Origin: an uncultured delta proteobacterium | GTDB lineage: Bacteria; Myxococcota_A; Polyangia; Haliangiales; Haliangiaceae | DNA length: 64,000 bases | Reading direction: 5' to 3' | Assembly (NCBI GenBank): GCA_963848295.1 | Contig: CAWKDB010000002.1 | Coordinates: 352,001 to 416,000, forward strand | Shown: positions 40,724 through 50,703 of the stretch, in pieces | Numbering within the stretch: the first letter of the stretch is position 1 | How the letters are laid out: every line of letters starts with the position of its first letter | Notes under the pieces: model-generated | Databases searched by the model: none | What the model was told of the DNA's origin: nothing | The model's input: only the letters and a program-made list of their open reading frames with translations | Made by a program: the position numbers and the translations under genes

Positions 40724-43700
40724 AGACCACGTCCCTCGCGCTGGTCGCGCTCGTCGCGACGGTCACCACGCCGGCGCTCGCCGACCATTCGAAGGAGCTC
40801 GACGTCCAGCGCGGGCCGACGAGCGAGCTCTACATTCGCAAACGGCCGCCGACTCCGGAAGCGCCGGTGCTGTCGGCCGAGCTCCAAGACCTGCTCAACA
40901 AGACCGAGAAGCGTCGCGACGACAAGCGCATCGAGGCGATCGGCGAGCTGCGGTCGTTCCTGACGAGCAAGCCGATCGGCGACGTCAAGGCCGACGGCAT
41001 GTTCAAGCTCGCCGAGCTGCTGTGGGAAGAAGCGCGCCGGCTGTTCCTGATCCGCATGGACGCGTACGGCCACGAGGTCGAGAAGTGCTCGCAACAGAAG
41101 GCGGCGTGCGACCCGCCGAAGGAGCCGAAGATCGATCTCAAGGAATCCGAGACGCTCTACAAGGAGCTCAAGGGCGAGTTCCCTGGCTACAAGCGGATGG
41201 ATCTCGTCACGTACCTGATCGGCTTCGCCGCGAAGGAAGATCAGCGCGAAGACGAGGCGATGGGCAACTTCCAGGAGGTGATCGCGAAGTATCCGACCTC
41301 GCCGCTCTACGGCGATGCGTGGATGATGATCGGCGAGCACTGGTTCGGCACGGGCAAGAACTGGGAAGAGGCCAAGGACGCCTACGAGCACGTCCCCGAC
41401 AGCGCCGCGACGAGCGACCTCGCGACGTTCAAGAGCGCGTGGTGCTACTGGAAGCTAGGCAACTCGATGAAGGCCGCCGAGCTGTTCAAGGCGGTGCTCG
41501 ACAAGCGCAAGCAGCAAGAGCTGACCGGCACCGCGGAGCAGAAACGACGCAGCCAGTCGCTCGCGGAAGAAGCACTCGACTACCTCGTCGTCGTGTTCAC
41601 CGAGGATCGGTCGCTGTCCGCGAAGGAGGTGTTCGCGTTTCTCCAGTCGATCAACGGCGAGGAGTACTCGCACGACGTCATGATCAAGGTCGCCGAGAGC
41701 TACGCGTCGCAGACCGAGTACGACCGGTCGAACGATGCCTTCAAGTTCCTCATCAACATGGATCCCGACTCGATCAAAGCGGCCGAGTACCAGCGGTCGA
41801 TCGTGACGAACTGGAACAGCGCGGGAGATCCGGACAAGGCCGAGGAAGAGATCAAGGCGCTGCTCGAGACCTACGGACCGGCGAGCCCGTGGGCCAAGGC
41901 GCAGAAGAATCGCGACGCGCTCGCCCGCTCGATGGATACGACCGAGGAGCTCGTCCGGGTCAGCGCGCAGAACATCCACGCGGTCGCGCAGCAGCGCGAG
42001 AAGAGCCTGAAGCTGCCCGAGCTCAAGCACTGCGCGACGAAGGTGCAGATCCCGGCCGAGCTCGTCGGCCTCTACACCCGCGCCGCCGATGCGTACTCCG
42101 AGTACCTGAGCGCATTCGCGGACAGCAAGGCGGCGGCCGAGCACGCCACCGAGATCCGCTACTACCGCGCCGACATCTTGTGCTTCAAGCTCGCGAAGGG
42201 CGAAGAGGCAGGCGACGAGTACCTCGCGGTCGGCAAGACCGCGCCGGTCGGCAAGCTCCACAAGCCGGCGCTGCTCAACGCGATCGATGCGTTCGAAGCG
42301 GCGCGGCCGAAGGACACCCAAGGCAAGCACCAGGTCTATCCCGTCGACGAGAAGTTCGGCGAAGCGCTCGATCTCTACGCGACGCTGTTCCCGGGTGACC
42401 CCGCGATCATCGGCCAGATCTACAAGAACGGCCAGATGTTCTACGACTACGGAGACTACGACAACGCGATCAAACGGTTCGGCGTGATCGTGACGCGGTA
42501 TCCGAAGAACGAAAACGCGGGTCCCGCCGGCGACAAGATCCTCGCGGCGCTCGGCAAGGCGAAGGACTTCGAGAACCTCGAGACCTGGGCGCGCAAGCTC
42601 AAGACCGCGCCGTCGTTTCAGGGCAAAGATCGTCAGGAGCTGCTGTCGAAGCTGATCGTCGAATCGATCCAGCGAAGCGGCGACAAGTTCAGCGATGCCG
42701 GCAAGTACGACAAGGCCGCGAAGTTCTACTTGCGAGTCCCGAAGGAGACCAATGACGTCAAGGTCGCTTCGCAGGCGATGATGAACGCCGGCAAGGCCTA
42801 CGAGCTCGCGAAGAAGCCCGAGGACGCGGCCGACGTGTATCTCGATGTCGCCGAGCAGTACGGCGACAAGGACCCCGGCATCGGTCAGAAGGCAGCGTTC
42901 ACCGCCGGTGTCGTCTACGAGAAGGTGCTGTTCTTCGACCGCGCGGCGAAGGCGTACGAGCTCGTCGTCAAGAAGTACAGCACCGGCAAGGACACCGAGC
43001 CGCAGAAGGCGTCGGACGCGCTCTACAACGCCGGCGTGCTGCGCCAGGCGCTCGGCCAGAACGACAAGGCGATCGAGCACTACAAGGCGTACGCGAAGAA
43101 GGGTGGCAAGGATGCCGGCGACGTCAGCTTCAACATCGGCGCGGTGTACGAAGAGTCGGGCCAAGACGGTCCCGCGATGAAGGCGTTCGAGGACTACGCC
43201 CGCACGAACAAGGGCAGCAAGCACACGGTCGAGGCGAACCTGCGCGCCGGCCGCACCGCGTACAAGCTCGGCAACACGAAGAAGGCGGAAGGCTACTTCG
43301 CCGCGACGCTCGCGGCGTTCAAGCGCTTGCCGGCGAAGGACCAGCTCGACGCGCGCCCGTTCGCGGGCGAGGCGCGCTACTTCCAGGGTGAGGTGTTCTT
43401 CAAGACCTACGAGGCGATCTCGCTCGACGTCCCCCCGAAAAAGCTGACCGTCGCGCTCAAGGCGAAGCTCAAGGCGCTCGCGAACGCGGAGAAGATCTAC
43501 AAGTCGGTCGCCGAGTACAAAGACGCGAAGTGGGGCTCGGCCGCCTTGTTCCGGATCGGCCAGGTTTACTCGGTGTTCGCCGACGCGCTGACCGTCGCGG
43601 GTAGCAAGTGCCCGGCCGGCCTGTCCGAAGGCGACTGTCAGGCGTACCAGGACACGATCAACGGCTACGTGATCAACACCCAGGACAAGGCGGTCACGGC

Positions 43701-43884
43701 GTATACGACCGGCTACGAGACCGCGTTGAAGCTCCAAGTGTACGACGAGTACACCGCGAAGATCCGCGCGGAGCTCGGCAAGCTCGATTCCGCGAAGTTC
43801 CCGCCCGAGCACGAAGCGCGCTCCCACGAGCGCGTCGGCGATCGCCCGCCGAACCCGGAGATGATCACGGAGGTCGCGCGATGA
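40720..43884 (+). CDS. Large periplasmic TPR protein, GltD(AgmU)/NfsD-like
   Basis: Signal peptide; MFKLAELLWEE, AWMMIGE.WF, WGSAALFRIG; 1054 aa TPR-rich. Confidence 0.85.
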   Translation: MKTTSLALVALVATVTTPALADHSKELDVQRGPTSELYIRKRPPTPEAPVLSAELQDLLNKTEKRRDDKRIEAIGELRSFLTSKPIGDVKADGMFKLAELLWEEARRLFLIRMDAYGHEVEKCSQQKAACDPPKEPKIDLKESETLYKELKGEFPGYKRMDLVTYLIGFAAKEDQREDEAMGNFQEVIAKYPTSPLYGDAWMMIGEHWFGTGKNWEEAKDAYEHVPDSAATSDLATFKSAWCYWKLGNSMKAAELFKAVLDKRKQQELTGTAEQKRRSQSLAEEALDYLVVVFTEDRSLSAKEVFAFLQSINGEEYSHDVMIKVAESYASQTEYDRSNDAFKFLINMDPDSIKAAEYQRSIVTNWNSAGDPDKAEEEIKALLETYGPASPWAKAQKNRDALARSMDTTEELVRVSAQNIHAVAQQREKSLKLPELKHCATKVQIPAELVGLYTRAADAYSEYLSAFADSKAAAEHATEIRYYRADILCFKLAKGEEAGDEYLAVGKTAPVGKLHKPALLNAIDAFEAARPKDTQGKHQVYPVDEKFGEALDLYATLFPGDPAIIGQIYKNGQMFYDYGDYDNAIKRFGVIVTRYPKNENAGPAGDKILAALGKAKDFENLETWARKLKTAPSFQGKDRQELLSKLIVESIQRSGDKFSDAGKYDKAAKFYLRVPKETNDVKVASQAMMNAGKAYELAKKPEDAADVYLDVAEQYGDKDPGIGQKAAFTAGVVYEKVLFFDRAAKAYELVVKKYSTGKDTEPQKASDALYNAGVLRQALGQNDKAIEHYKAYAKKGGKDAGDVSFNIGAVYEESGQDGPAMKAFEDYARTNKGSKHTVEANLRAGRTAYKLGNTKKAEGYFAATLAAFKRLPAKDQLDARPFAGEARYFQGEVFFKTYEAISLDVPPKKLTVALKAKLKALANAEKIYKSVAEYKDAKWGSAALFRIGQVYSVFADALTVAGSKCPAGLSEGDCQAYQDTINGYVINTQDKAVTAYTTGYETALKLQVYDEYTAKIRAELGKLDSAKFPPEHEARSHERVGDRPPNPEMITEVAR

Positions 43885-45008
43885 GGGGCGCCATCGCCGT
43901 GGTGCTCGCGCTCGCCGCATGTGGCGGCGCCCAGAAGGGCGCGCGCACGGTCGCCGGCAAGGGCCGGAGCGAGAAGCCGCACGACAAGATCAGCGCCTCG
44001 GCCTCGAAGGCGTTCGAGTCGGCCGTGCGCGCCCTGCATGTCGGCGGCCCCGATTCGTACGACACCGCGAAGGGCCGGTTCAAGGACGCGCTCAAGCAAG
44101 ACAGCTCGATCTGGGAGGCTTGGTACGACCTCGGCGTGATCGCCTGGAAGAGCGGCGACGACGACGAATCGATCGACGACTTCAGCAAGGCGCTCGCGCT
44201 CAACCCCGGCCACACCCAATCGCTCCTCGCGCGTGCCGAGGCGCACCGCCGCGCCGGACACAAGGACAAGGCGCAAAACGACTACGAGACCGCGCTCAAG
44301 GGCATGGATGACGACGATCCGAATCGCCGCGACACCGCGGCGCGGCTCGCGTCCTTGTTTCGCGACAGCGGCAAGTACGACGAAGCGGTCGCGGTGATTC
44401 GCGACACCGTGCGGTTGTCCGGCACGAACGCGAAGATCTACACCGAGCTCGCCGAGGTCTACATCGCGCAGAAGCGGTTCGAGCTCGCGCAGCTGTTGCT
44501 CGCGAAGGCGATCGAAGCCGACCCGAAGGATCCAGCGATCTACAACGCCCTCGCGGTGCTCGCGCAGCGCCAGGGCAAGTCGCAGGAGGCGTTCCAACGC
44601 TTCGACAGGGCGGCCGAGCTCGATCCGAATTATCTCGACGCGCGATTCAACAAGGCGTCGATCTTGCTCGACGCCGGTGACTACGACCGGGCCGACAAGG
44701 AGCTCACCGACATCGTCCAGAAGCGCGATGACGACTACGGCGCGATGGTCTCGCTCGGCGTGGCCCAACGCGGGCTCAAGGACTTCCCCGGTGCCAAGAA
44801 GACCTGGTCACGCGTGATCAAAGACGCACCGAGGCACTCCACCGCGCGCTACGACGCGCTCTACGATCTCGCCCTGCTCGAGATCGATTTCTTGCAGGAC
44901 GCCGATGCCGGCAAGGCGGATCTGGCGAAGTATCTGCAAGAAGCCCCCGATGGGCATTCCAAGCACGGAGACGCGGAGAACAAGTGCAAGGACATCAAAT
45001 GCAAATGA
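43881..45008 (+). CDS. TPR lipoprotein, GltE(AglT)/NfsE-like
   Basis: Lipobox LAAC; tandem TPRs; position after the gltD-like gene. Confidence 0.8.
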   Translation: MRGAIAVVLALAACGGAQKGARTVAGKGRSEKPHDKISASASKAFESAVRALHVGGPDSYDTAKGRFKDALKQDSSIWEAWYDLGVIAWKSGDDDESIDDFSKALALNPGHTQSLLARAEAHRRAGHKDKAQNDYETALKGMDDDDPNRRDTAARLASLFRDSGKYDEAVAVIRDTVRLSGTNAKIYTELAEVYIAQKRFELAQLLLAKAIEADPKDPAIYNALAVLAQRQGKSQEAFQRFDRAAELDPNYLDARFNKASILLDAGDYDRADKELTDIVQKRDDDYGAMVSLGVAQRGLKDFPGAKKTWSRVIKDAPRHSTARYDALYDLALLEIDFLQDADAGKADLAKYLQEAPDGHSKHGDAENKCKDIKCK

Positions 45009-45328
45009 GGTCGCGGGCCCCCGCGTGGGGGCTGATGTCCGCGCTCTTGCTGTGCGTGCTCGCCGCACCTGTCGCTGCTCAACCGAAAGGTAAGGACAAA
45101 GCGCCCGTGACCGCGGCAACCGCCACCCCCGGCGAGACCGCGAGGGTCAAGAAGACCGGCAAAGCGAAGGACTTCGACTTCACCGGCATCAACTTCACCA
45201 GCTCGTTGCGAACTCCTCAACTGTTATACTTTTTGGAGCGCGCGAACGAGGAGCTCGAACGTGCGAGCCTGGAGAAGCGCTCGTTTATTCCGCACATGGT
45301 GCGGTCGGTCGAGGAAGAGGCGTTATGA
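45005..45328 (+). CDS. Small exported protein, GltF(CglF)/NfsF-like
   Basis: Signal peptide; DF..I....L..P...Y...R.......RSFIP.M..S pattern; synteny. Confidence 0.72.
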   Translation: MRSRAPAWGLMSALLLCVLAAPVAAQPKGKDKAPVTAATATPGETARVKKTGKAKDFDFTGINFTSSLRTPQLLYFLERANEELERASLEKRSFIPHMVRSVEEEAL

Positions 45329-46890
45329 GCACGGTCGCGCTCCGAACTGCGTTGATCTGGAATGACGAGGTCATGGATGACGTCGTCATCGAGAACCCCA
45401 CCAAGATCACGGTCGGAGCGAGCGGCAAGCCCACGTTCATCGTCCCCGATATCGGCCTGCCCCCGGGGTTCGCGATCGTCCGCCCGGGCAATCGCGGCTA
45501 CTTGCTCACGCTGGGCGAGCGCATGCGCGGCACGATCTGTATCGAGGGCCAGCAGAAGGACGTCCGCGACTTCGTGCAGCGCGGCGGCGACGGCGACGGC
45601 CAGGGCGGCTTTCGCGCGACCCCGATCAGCGGGCGCGATTGGGGCGTCATCGACCTCGACGAGACCGCCCAGTACAAGCTGTTCTTCCAGTTCGTCCCGG
45701 TCGAGGACGCGCAGCCGTTCTTCACGAAGCAAGTCATCTTGGCCGGCGCGGCCGGATGGCTGATCTCGTGTCTCGGCCTCGCGATCATGTGGTTCTTCAA
45801 GGGCGAGGATCTCGGCGAGTCGCTGTTCCGCGGCGCGATGATCGCGACCGGCGCGATCGCGATCGGCGGCCTGTTGCGCTGGATCGTCAAGCAAGACGGC
45901 GAATCGCAAGCCTCGCTCGCGTTCTCGGCCGTGCTGCACGCCGCGCTGCTGTTCATGACGTATCAACTCTACGACGGCTCGAACGCCTTCGCGTGGCCGG
46001 GCTCGCGCTCGCTCACCGGCAATTACTTGGTGACCCGGCTCGAGCCCGAGAAGCCGCCGGAGCCGCCGAAACCGGTGGTCGGCGCCAAGAACCAAGAAGA
46101 GAACGCGCCGAAGGCGGAGACGCCGAAGGTCTCGCACGCCGCGACCAAGGGCGACGAAGGCGCCGCCGGTGGCAAAGGCGACAAAGAGCGCTATCGCGAT
46201 CCCTCCGCAAAGAACAAGCCGGTCGCACCGCCGGTCGCGCTACTCGAGGACAAGAACCGCCGCCAGCTCGATCAGATGCTGCAGAAGGACATGGACCTCG
46301 GCCAGTTCGGCGGCCTCGAGGGTCCGCATCGCGATGGCACGCTCGGCCACGGCGAGACCCACGGCTCCGGGGTCGGCGTGTGCCTGCCCGGGATGGCGTG
46401 CACCGGCACGACCAAAGGCAGCATGGGCAAAGGTGTCGGCGGCAATGGCTTCTCCGACAACGACATCGTGCGCGGTAGAGGCAAGATCGACACCGGCACG
46501 CAGCGCGCCGGCGGAACGTGCACCGGACCGAACTGCGGCGGCACCGGGGCTCGCCCCGTGAAGATCGCGATGGCCGGTCCGAGCGACGCCGACGGTGGGT
46601 TGACCGCCGAGCAGATCGACAAGGTCGTACGCGCACGCCAGGGCTTGTTCCGCGCTTGCTATACGCGCGAGCTCCAGCGGTCGCCCGGGCTCGGCGGCAA
46701 GCTCGTCATGAAGTTCTCGATCGGCACTGATGGCTCGGTGAAGAGCGCGAACCTCGGACCGGGCTCGACGCTGAGTAACGAAGCGGTGTCGAGCTGCGTG
46801 CAACGCAACCTGATGGGCTTGAAGTTCCCAGCGGCGAGCTCGCCGTCGAACGTGAAATACCCGTTTGGCTTTTCACAAGGAGCAAGCTGA
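45325..46890 (+). CDS. TonB-like energy transducer, GltG(PglI)/NfsG-like
   Basis: TM with SAVLH (S-x3-H), Pro/Lys- and Gly-rich linker, C-terminal FRACY..L..P.L.GK...CV...FP...V.YPF. Confidence 0.85.
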   Translation: MSTVALRTALIWNDEVMDDVVIENPTKITVGASGKPTFIVPDIGLPPGFAIVRPGNRGYLLTLGERMRGTICIEGQQKDVRDFVQRGGDGDGQGGFRATPISGRDWGVIDLDETAQYKLFFQFVPVEDAQPFFTKQVILAGAAGWLISCLGLAIMWFFKGEDLGESLFRGAMIATGAIAIGGLLRWIVKQDGESQASLAFSAVLHAALLFMTYQLYDGSNAFAWPGSRSLTGNYLVTRLEPEKPPEPPKPVVGAKNQEENAPKAETPKVSHAATKGDEGAAGGKGDKERYRDPSAKNKPVAPPVALLEDKNRRQLDQMLQKDMDLGQFGGLEGPHRDGTLGHGETHGSGVGVCLPGMACTGTTKGSMGKGVGGNGFSDNDIVRGRGKIDTGTQRAGGTCTGPNCGGTGARPVKIAMAGPSDADGGLTAEQIDKVVRARQGLFRACYTRELQRSPGLGGKLVMKFSIGTDGSVKSANLGPGSTLSNEAVSSCVQRNLMGLKFPAASSPSNVKYPFGFSQGAS

Positions 46891-46891
46891 T

Positions 46892-47722
46892 ATGCGCACT
46901 CAAATCCTCGGACTGACCCTGGGGCTCGCGCTGGCGAGCGGTTGCGTCAACGACCCGCAGTATGTTCCATCGCCCGACACCCTCGAAGCTGGCGCGGACG
47001 ACGGTATGGGTGGGCTGACGACCGCGACGTCGTCGCTGATGCTGCCGATCAAGCTCGAGACCACGAAGGACGCCGCGACCCGCGCGGCGCTCGCGACCCA
47101 GCTCGGCGTGATGGTCCCGTACGTCAAGGTCGGCGACATCGCGGTCGAAGTCGATTGGACGGTGACGAACCTCGACAGCGATCCGGCGCAGTTCGTGATC
47201 GACCTCAACGCTGGGAACGAGTTCTGGTACTACGATCCGACGCTGATCAACCTCGCCGCGCCCGGCGACGATGAAGCGCCACCGACGCCGCAGCTGCAAG
47301 GCAACATCCCGACCGACATCGGTCCGAACGCGGTCGTGACCGGTACGTTCCGCGAGGATCAGACGCTCGAAGCCTCGGTCGACCTCGACGAGATCACGCG
47401 CGGCAACATCACGCCGTTCTACTCGACGAACGTCGTCAACAAGAACGACCCGAGCTTCCAGCCGATGAGCGCCCCGATGCCGGACAACGTCGACTACGTC
47501 GCGACCCCGGTGGGCCCGGTGATCCCGCGCGCGGCGTTCGCCGAGATCATCCGGTACGACTTCACGTTCAAGCCCGACCACCACATGACGATGACCTACG
47601 AAGTGCGGATCCGAGATCTCCGCGGCATCGTGGATACCAAGGGCCTCGACGCGCCGGCCGGCGAGCTGACGGTGTTCGCACCAATGGCGTATACGGTCGG
47701 AACGCCGGCCACCGGTAGCTGA
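46892..47722 (+). CDS. Hypothetical acidic lipoprotein
   Basis: Lipobox ASGC; AAGGAG SD; starts 1 nt after the gltG-like stop. Confidence 0.78.
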   Translation: MRTQILGLTLGLALASGCVNDPQYVPSPDTLEAGADDGMGGLTTATSSLMLPIKLETTKDAATRAALATQLGVMVPYVKVGDIAVEVDWTVTNLDSDPAQFVIDLNAGNEFWYYDPTLINLAAPGDDEAPPTPQLQGNIPTDIGPNAVVTGTFREDQTLEASVDLDEITRGNITPFYSTNVVNKNDPSFQPMSAPMPDNVDYVATPVGPVIPRAAFAEIIRYDFTFKPDHHMTMTYEVRIRDLRGIVDTKGLDAPAGELTVFAPMAYTVGTPATGS

Positions 47723-47804
47723 GCGAGCCGCAAGGGCCATCGGCTCGGGCGAAAGTCGGTCGCGGACGCGCGCTCGAGCCCCGGTTCGCTTACCATTGGA
47801 GAGC

Positions 47805-48482
47805 ATGGTCGGTCGCTATGCTGTGACGTTCGTCGTGGTCGCCGCACTCGCTGGCGTCGCCGCTGCCGACGGCGATGGCGCCGGATCGGGCGCTGGTGCA
47901 GGCTCCGGCTCCGCGAGTGCTATCGACACGCAGACCGATCAGCCCACGACCCTGATCGTCCCGGCGAGCTCCGGCCGCGCGGCATCGACCGGGTTCTTCG
48001 CCGAAGGCGGGCTCGGAGCGGTCGTGTTCACGCCACACGCCGCGAAAGACGCCGCGGCTGGCCCTTCGATCGACCTGCGGATCGGCCGCGATCTGTTCTC
48101 GTGGTTCTCGGTCGGGATCTATCTGTCGGCATCGAACCACGAGGCGACCGTGCCACCTCCGCCGGTCGGCCAGTGGTTCCAGCTCTACCGCGGCGGCATC
48201 GACGGCAGGCTCGGCGGCCGCATCAACCGCATCGCGTTCTTCATCGAGGGCGGCGCCGGTGCGTCGATGATCTCGTCGAACATCCTCGAACAGGTCATGA
48301 TCACGAAGCCGGGCAAGTCATTCTCGGCGACCTTCCACGGCGGCGCCGGACTCGAGTATCAACTCGAGAACCGCCACTATGCGTTCGGCCTCGCCGCCGA
48401 CGGGTTCATCGAGCCTGAGTTCGACAGCATCAAGGGCGTCGATGGTCGGCTCTACCTCCGCTACACGTACGGCGGCGGCTAG
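47805..48482 (+). CDS. Outer-membrane beta-barrel, GltH(CglE)/NfsH-like
   Basis: Signal peptide; GFFAEGGLG, GAGLEY...RH, terminal LRYTY. Confidence 0.75.
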   Translation: MVGRYAVTFVVVAALAGVAAADGDGAGSGAGAGSGSASAIDTQTDQPTTLIVPASSGRAASTGFFAEGGLGAVVFTPHAAKDAAAGPSIDLRIGRDLFSWFSVGIYLSASNHEATVPPPPVGQWFQLYRGGIDGRLGGRINRIAFFIEGGAGASMISSNILEQVMITKPGKSFSATFHGGAGLEYQLENRHYAFGLAADGFIEPEFDSIKGVDGRLYLRYTYGGG

Positions 48483-48516
48483 GTGGGTGAAGCGCGTAGC
48501 GCTTCGGGACCCACCT
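48481..48516. terminator. Strong hairpin between convergent genes (bidirectional terminator or REP-like element)
   Basis: AGGTGGGT GAAGCGC gta GCGCTTC ggg ACCCACCT. Confidence 0.6.
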
Positions 48517-48541
48517 TGTGCCGCTCCTAGCGGCCTAGCCG

Positions 48542-49627
48542 CTACCTGATGAGCTTGCCGGCGAAGTCGAGCGTCGCGGATGTCTCGACCAGGAGCAGGG
48601 CCTTGTCCTCGTGAGTCAGCTGCTTGGCGTCGAGCCCGAGCGCCTTCCAGAACGCGCCGCCACCGGGCCCATGCTCGGTCGCTATCGCGCGAGCGCGGAC
48701 GACGAGCCGCCCGGGCGCGTACTGAAGGCTCGGGAAATCGTCCCAGGTCTCGACCTGCCACGTGTCTTCCCGGCTGACATGCGGAGGGTTCGAGGCGAGC
48801 GCCTTCAGCGTGCTCACCGGCTTGCTCTCGAGAAATGCGCGGACATCGGTGAGGTCGGCGATGACCGTCGTATTCGCATCGATCTTCCCGTTGAGGCACG
48901 GGAGGTCGAACGTGAAATCGACGCCTTCCCAACGGAACGACGCGCTCGCGCTCGGCACGGCGCAGTCCGAGCTCGCCCCGAGATCGCAGCCGAGCGTGAG
49001 ATGTGAGACCACGATGTCCGCGCCGAGCGCCGCGTGGATGCGCGGGTCGGTCCGCAGACTCTTCGCGCACGCGGTCGCAGGCGATCGAGGCTGCTGGATG
49101 CCCGTGAACTCGTCGAGCCTCATGAATTCGCCTCCGAGCCCGGTGAACGCCTCCGGGCTGTCGGGCGGGGTCTTCCAATGCTCCGGATCGATCGCGGCGA
49201 GCAGCTGGTGGACCGCGATCCCGACCGCGCCATTGTATTGCGCGGATAGCTTGCCGCGCTCGGTCACCATCCACGGCACGCCGAGGTGGCAGTTTGAATT
49301 CGATGCGAGCTCGATCGGGCGCTCGCCCTCGATCGTGACCTTGAACGCTGGATAGTCGTCGGTGTGCGAGATGCAGCGCTGGACACGGTCGACCGCGTGC
49401 AGCCCGGTCAACGCGATGTAGAGCGCGTCGATCGCCGCACCATCGACTGCCTTGTCCGCGAGCTGGAAGCCACCGCCCGGCTTCGCGTCGATCACGTAGT
49501 GCAGCTCGTTGTGATGGAACGACGTGTAGTTGTAGTCGATCGTGACGGTCTTGATCCGCGGGTGATGTGCCGGCACCGCCCGGGCGACGGTGGTTGCGAG
49601 CGCGACGGCGGCGAGCGCGAGCTTCAT
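48542..49627 (-). CDS. Secreted hypothetical protein (paralog B)
   Basis: Signal peptide; CISHTDDYP, SNSNC..PW, AQYNG.VG. Confidence 0.78.
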   Translation of the reverse strand: MKLALAAVALATTVARAVPAHHPRIKTVTIDYNYTSFHHNELHYVIDAKPGGGFQLADKAVDGAAIDALYIALTGLHAVDRVQRCISHTDDYPAFKVTIEGERPIELASNSNCHLGVPWMVTERGKLSAQYNGAVGIAVHQLLAAIDPEHWKTPPDSPEAFTGLGGEFMRLDEFTGIQQPRSPATACAKSLRTDPRIHAALGADIVVSHLTLGCDLGASSDCAVPSASASFRWEGVDFTFDLPCLNGKIDANTTVIADLTDVRAFLESKPVSTLKALASNPPHVSREDTWQVETWDDFPSLQYAPGRLVVRARAIATEHGPGGGAFWKALGLDAKQLTHEDKALLLVETSATLDFAGKLIR

Positions 49628-49650
49628 CGCACTAGGTTAGCGCGGCGCCG

Positions 49651-50703
49651 TCACTGGATCAGCTGTCCATCGAAGTCGATGAGGCCGCCGAACATAGGCG
49701 GCGCCGGGGTCACGCCGAGCGTGGTCCAGAACGGGCTCGCAGGATCGCCGTGGCGAGCCCTGAACACCATGTCGATCGAAGGTTGGCCGGGATCGTAAGC
49801 CAGCTCGGGCAGCGCCGGGTCGAGGGGCACGAGCCGCCAATGATCTCCGTGCAGGAGCTGCGGGTGACTCGATAGCTGGACGATCACGCGGGCCGGCTTG
49901 CTGTCGAGGAAGCGGCGGAGGTCGGCCACGAGCTTCGTGGATGCTTCCGGCCAATCGACCGCGCCGTTCGCGCACACGAACGAGAACCGGGCGTCGACGT
50001 CATCCCAGTCAAACCGCGCCGACGCGTCGAGCTTGATGCACGCGGGGTCGTGCGCGCGATCGCACGCGAGCGCGAGCTCGGCGATCTTGATCGGAACGCC
50101 GAACGCGTCGCGGACCGCGGAGCTGGCCTCGATGCGATGCGCGCACGCTGCGGCGGCAGACGACTCGTCACCGCCCGCGCGGTACTGGCCGAGCAACAAC
50201 CGCTCGCCCGGCGGACGCGGCGCCGGCACGGGCCAGGCGTCCGGGTCGACCTCCGCGAGCAGGCTCGCGACCGCGTGGCCGACGTCGCCGTCGTACTGCG
50301 CGAAGCGATGGTCGCCGACCTCGACGGCCCACGGCGCGTTCCATCGGCAGTTCGACGACGACCACAGGTCGAGTGGATGCGTGCCCTCGACCACGATCGA
50401 GTACGACGGATAGTCGTCGGTGTGCGAGAGGCAACCGGGCACGGTCTCGGCCGGCACGAGGCCGGTCAGCGCCGCATATAGCGCCTCGATCGCGCCGAGG
50501 TCGATGGCGTGCCGATCGGTGACGTAACCGACGTGCGGATTCCATTCGATGACGTAGCTCGCGGACGTCGCCGTGAACGACCGATGGTCGTAGGCGATCG
50601 TGATCCGCGTCGCGCCCTGGACCGGCACGCTCGGCGGCGCGGGGTAATCGCCGTGCGCGAGCGTGCAACCGGCCAGGGTCACGAGCGCGAGCTTGGTCAC
50701 CAT
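49651..50703 (-). CDS. Lipoprotein hypothetical protein (paralog A)
   Basis: Lipobox LAGC; CLSHTDDYP, SSSNC..PW, AQYDG.VG; start overlaps the ABC1 stop. Confidence 0.78.
   Translation of the reverse strand: MVTKLALVTLAGCTLAHGDYPAPPSVPVQGATRITIAYDHRSFTATSASYVIEWNPHVGYVTDRHAIDLGAIEALYAALTGLVPAETVPGCLSHTDDYPSYSIVVEGTHPLDLWSSSNCRWNAPWAVEVGDHRFAQYDGDVGHAVASLLAEVDPDAWPVPAPRPPGERLLLGQYRAGGDESSAAAACAHRIEASSAVRDAFGVPIKIAELALACDRAHDPACIKLDASARFDWDDVDARFSFVCANGAVDWPEASTKLVADLRRFLDSKPARVIVQLSSHPQLLHGDHWRLVPLDPALPELAYDPGQPSIDMVFRARHGDPASPFWTTLGVTPAPPMFGGLIDFDGQLIQ

Noticed and set aside
41455..43920. 821-aa minus-strand ORF, and similar long ORFs at 2069-4576, 25589-27703 and 58637-60415
   Set aside because: Stop-poor antisense frames of well-supported genes in high-GC DNA; Arg/Val/Leu-rich with no motifs
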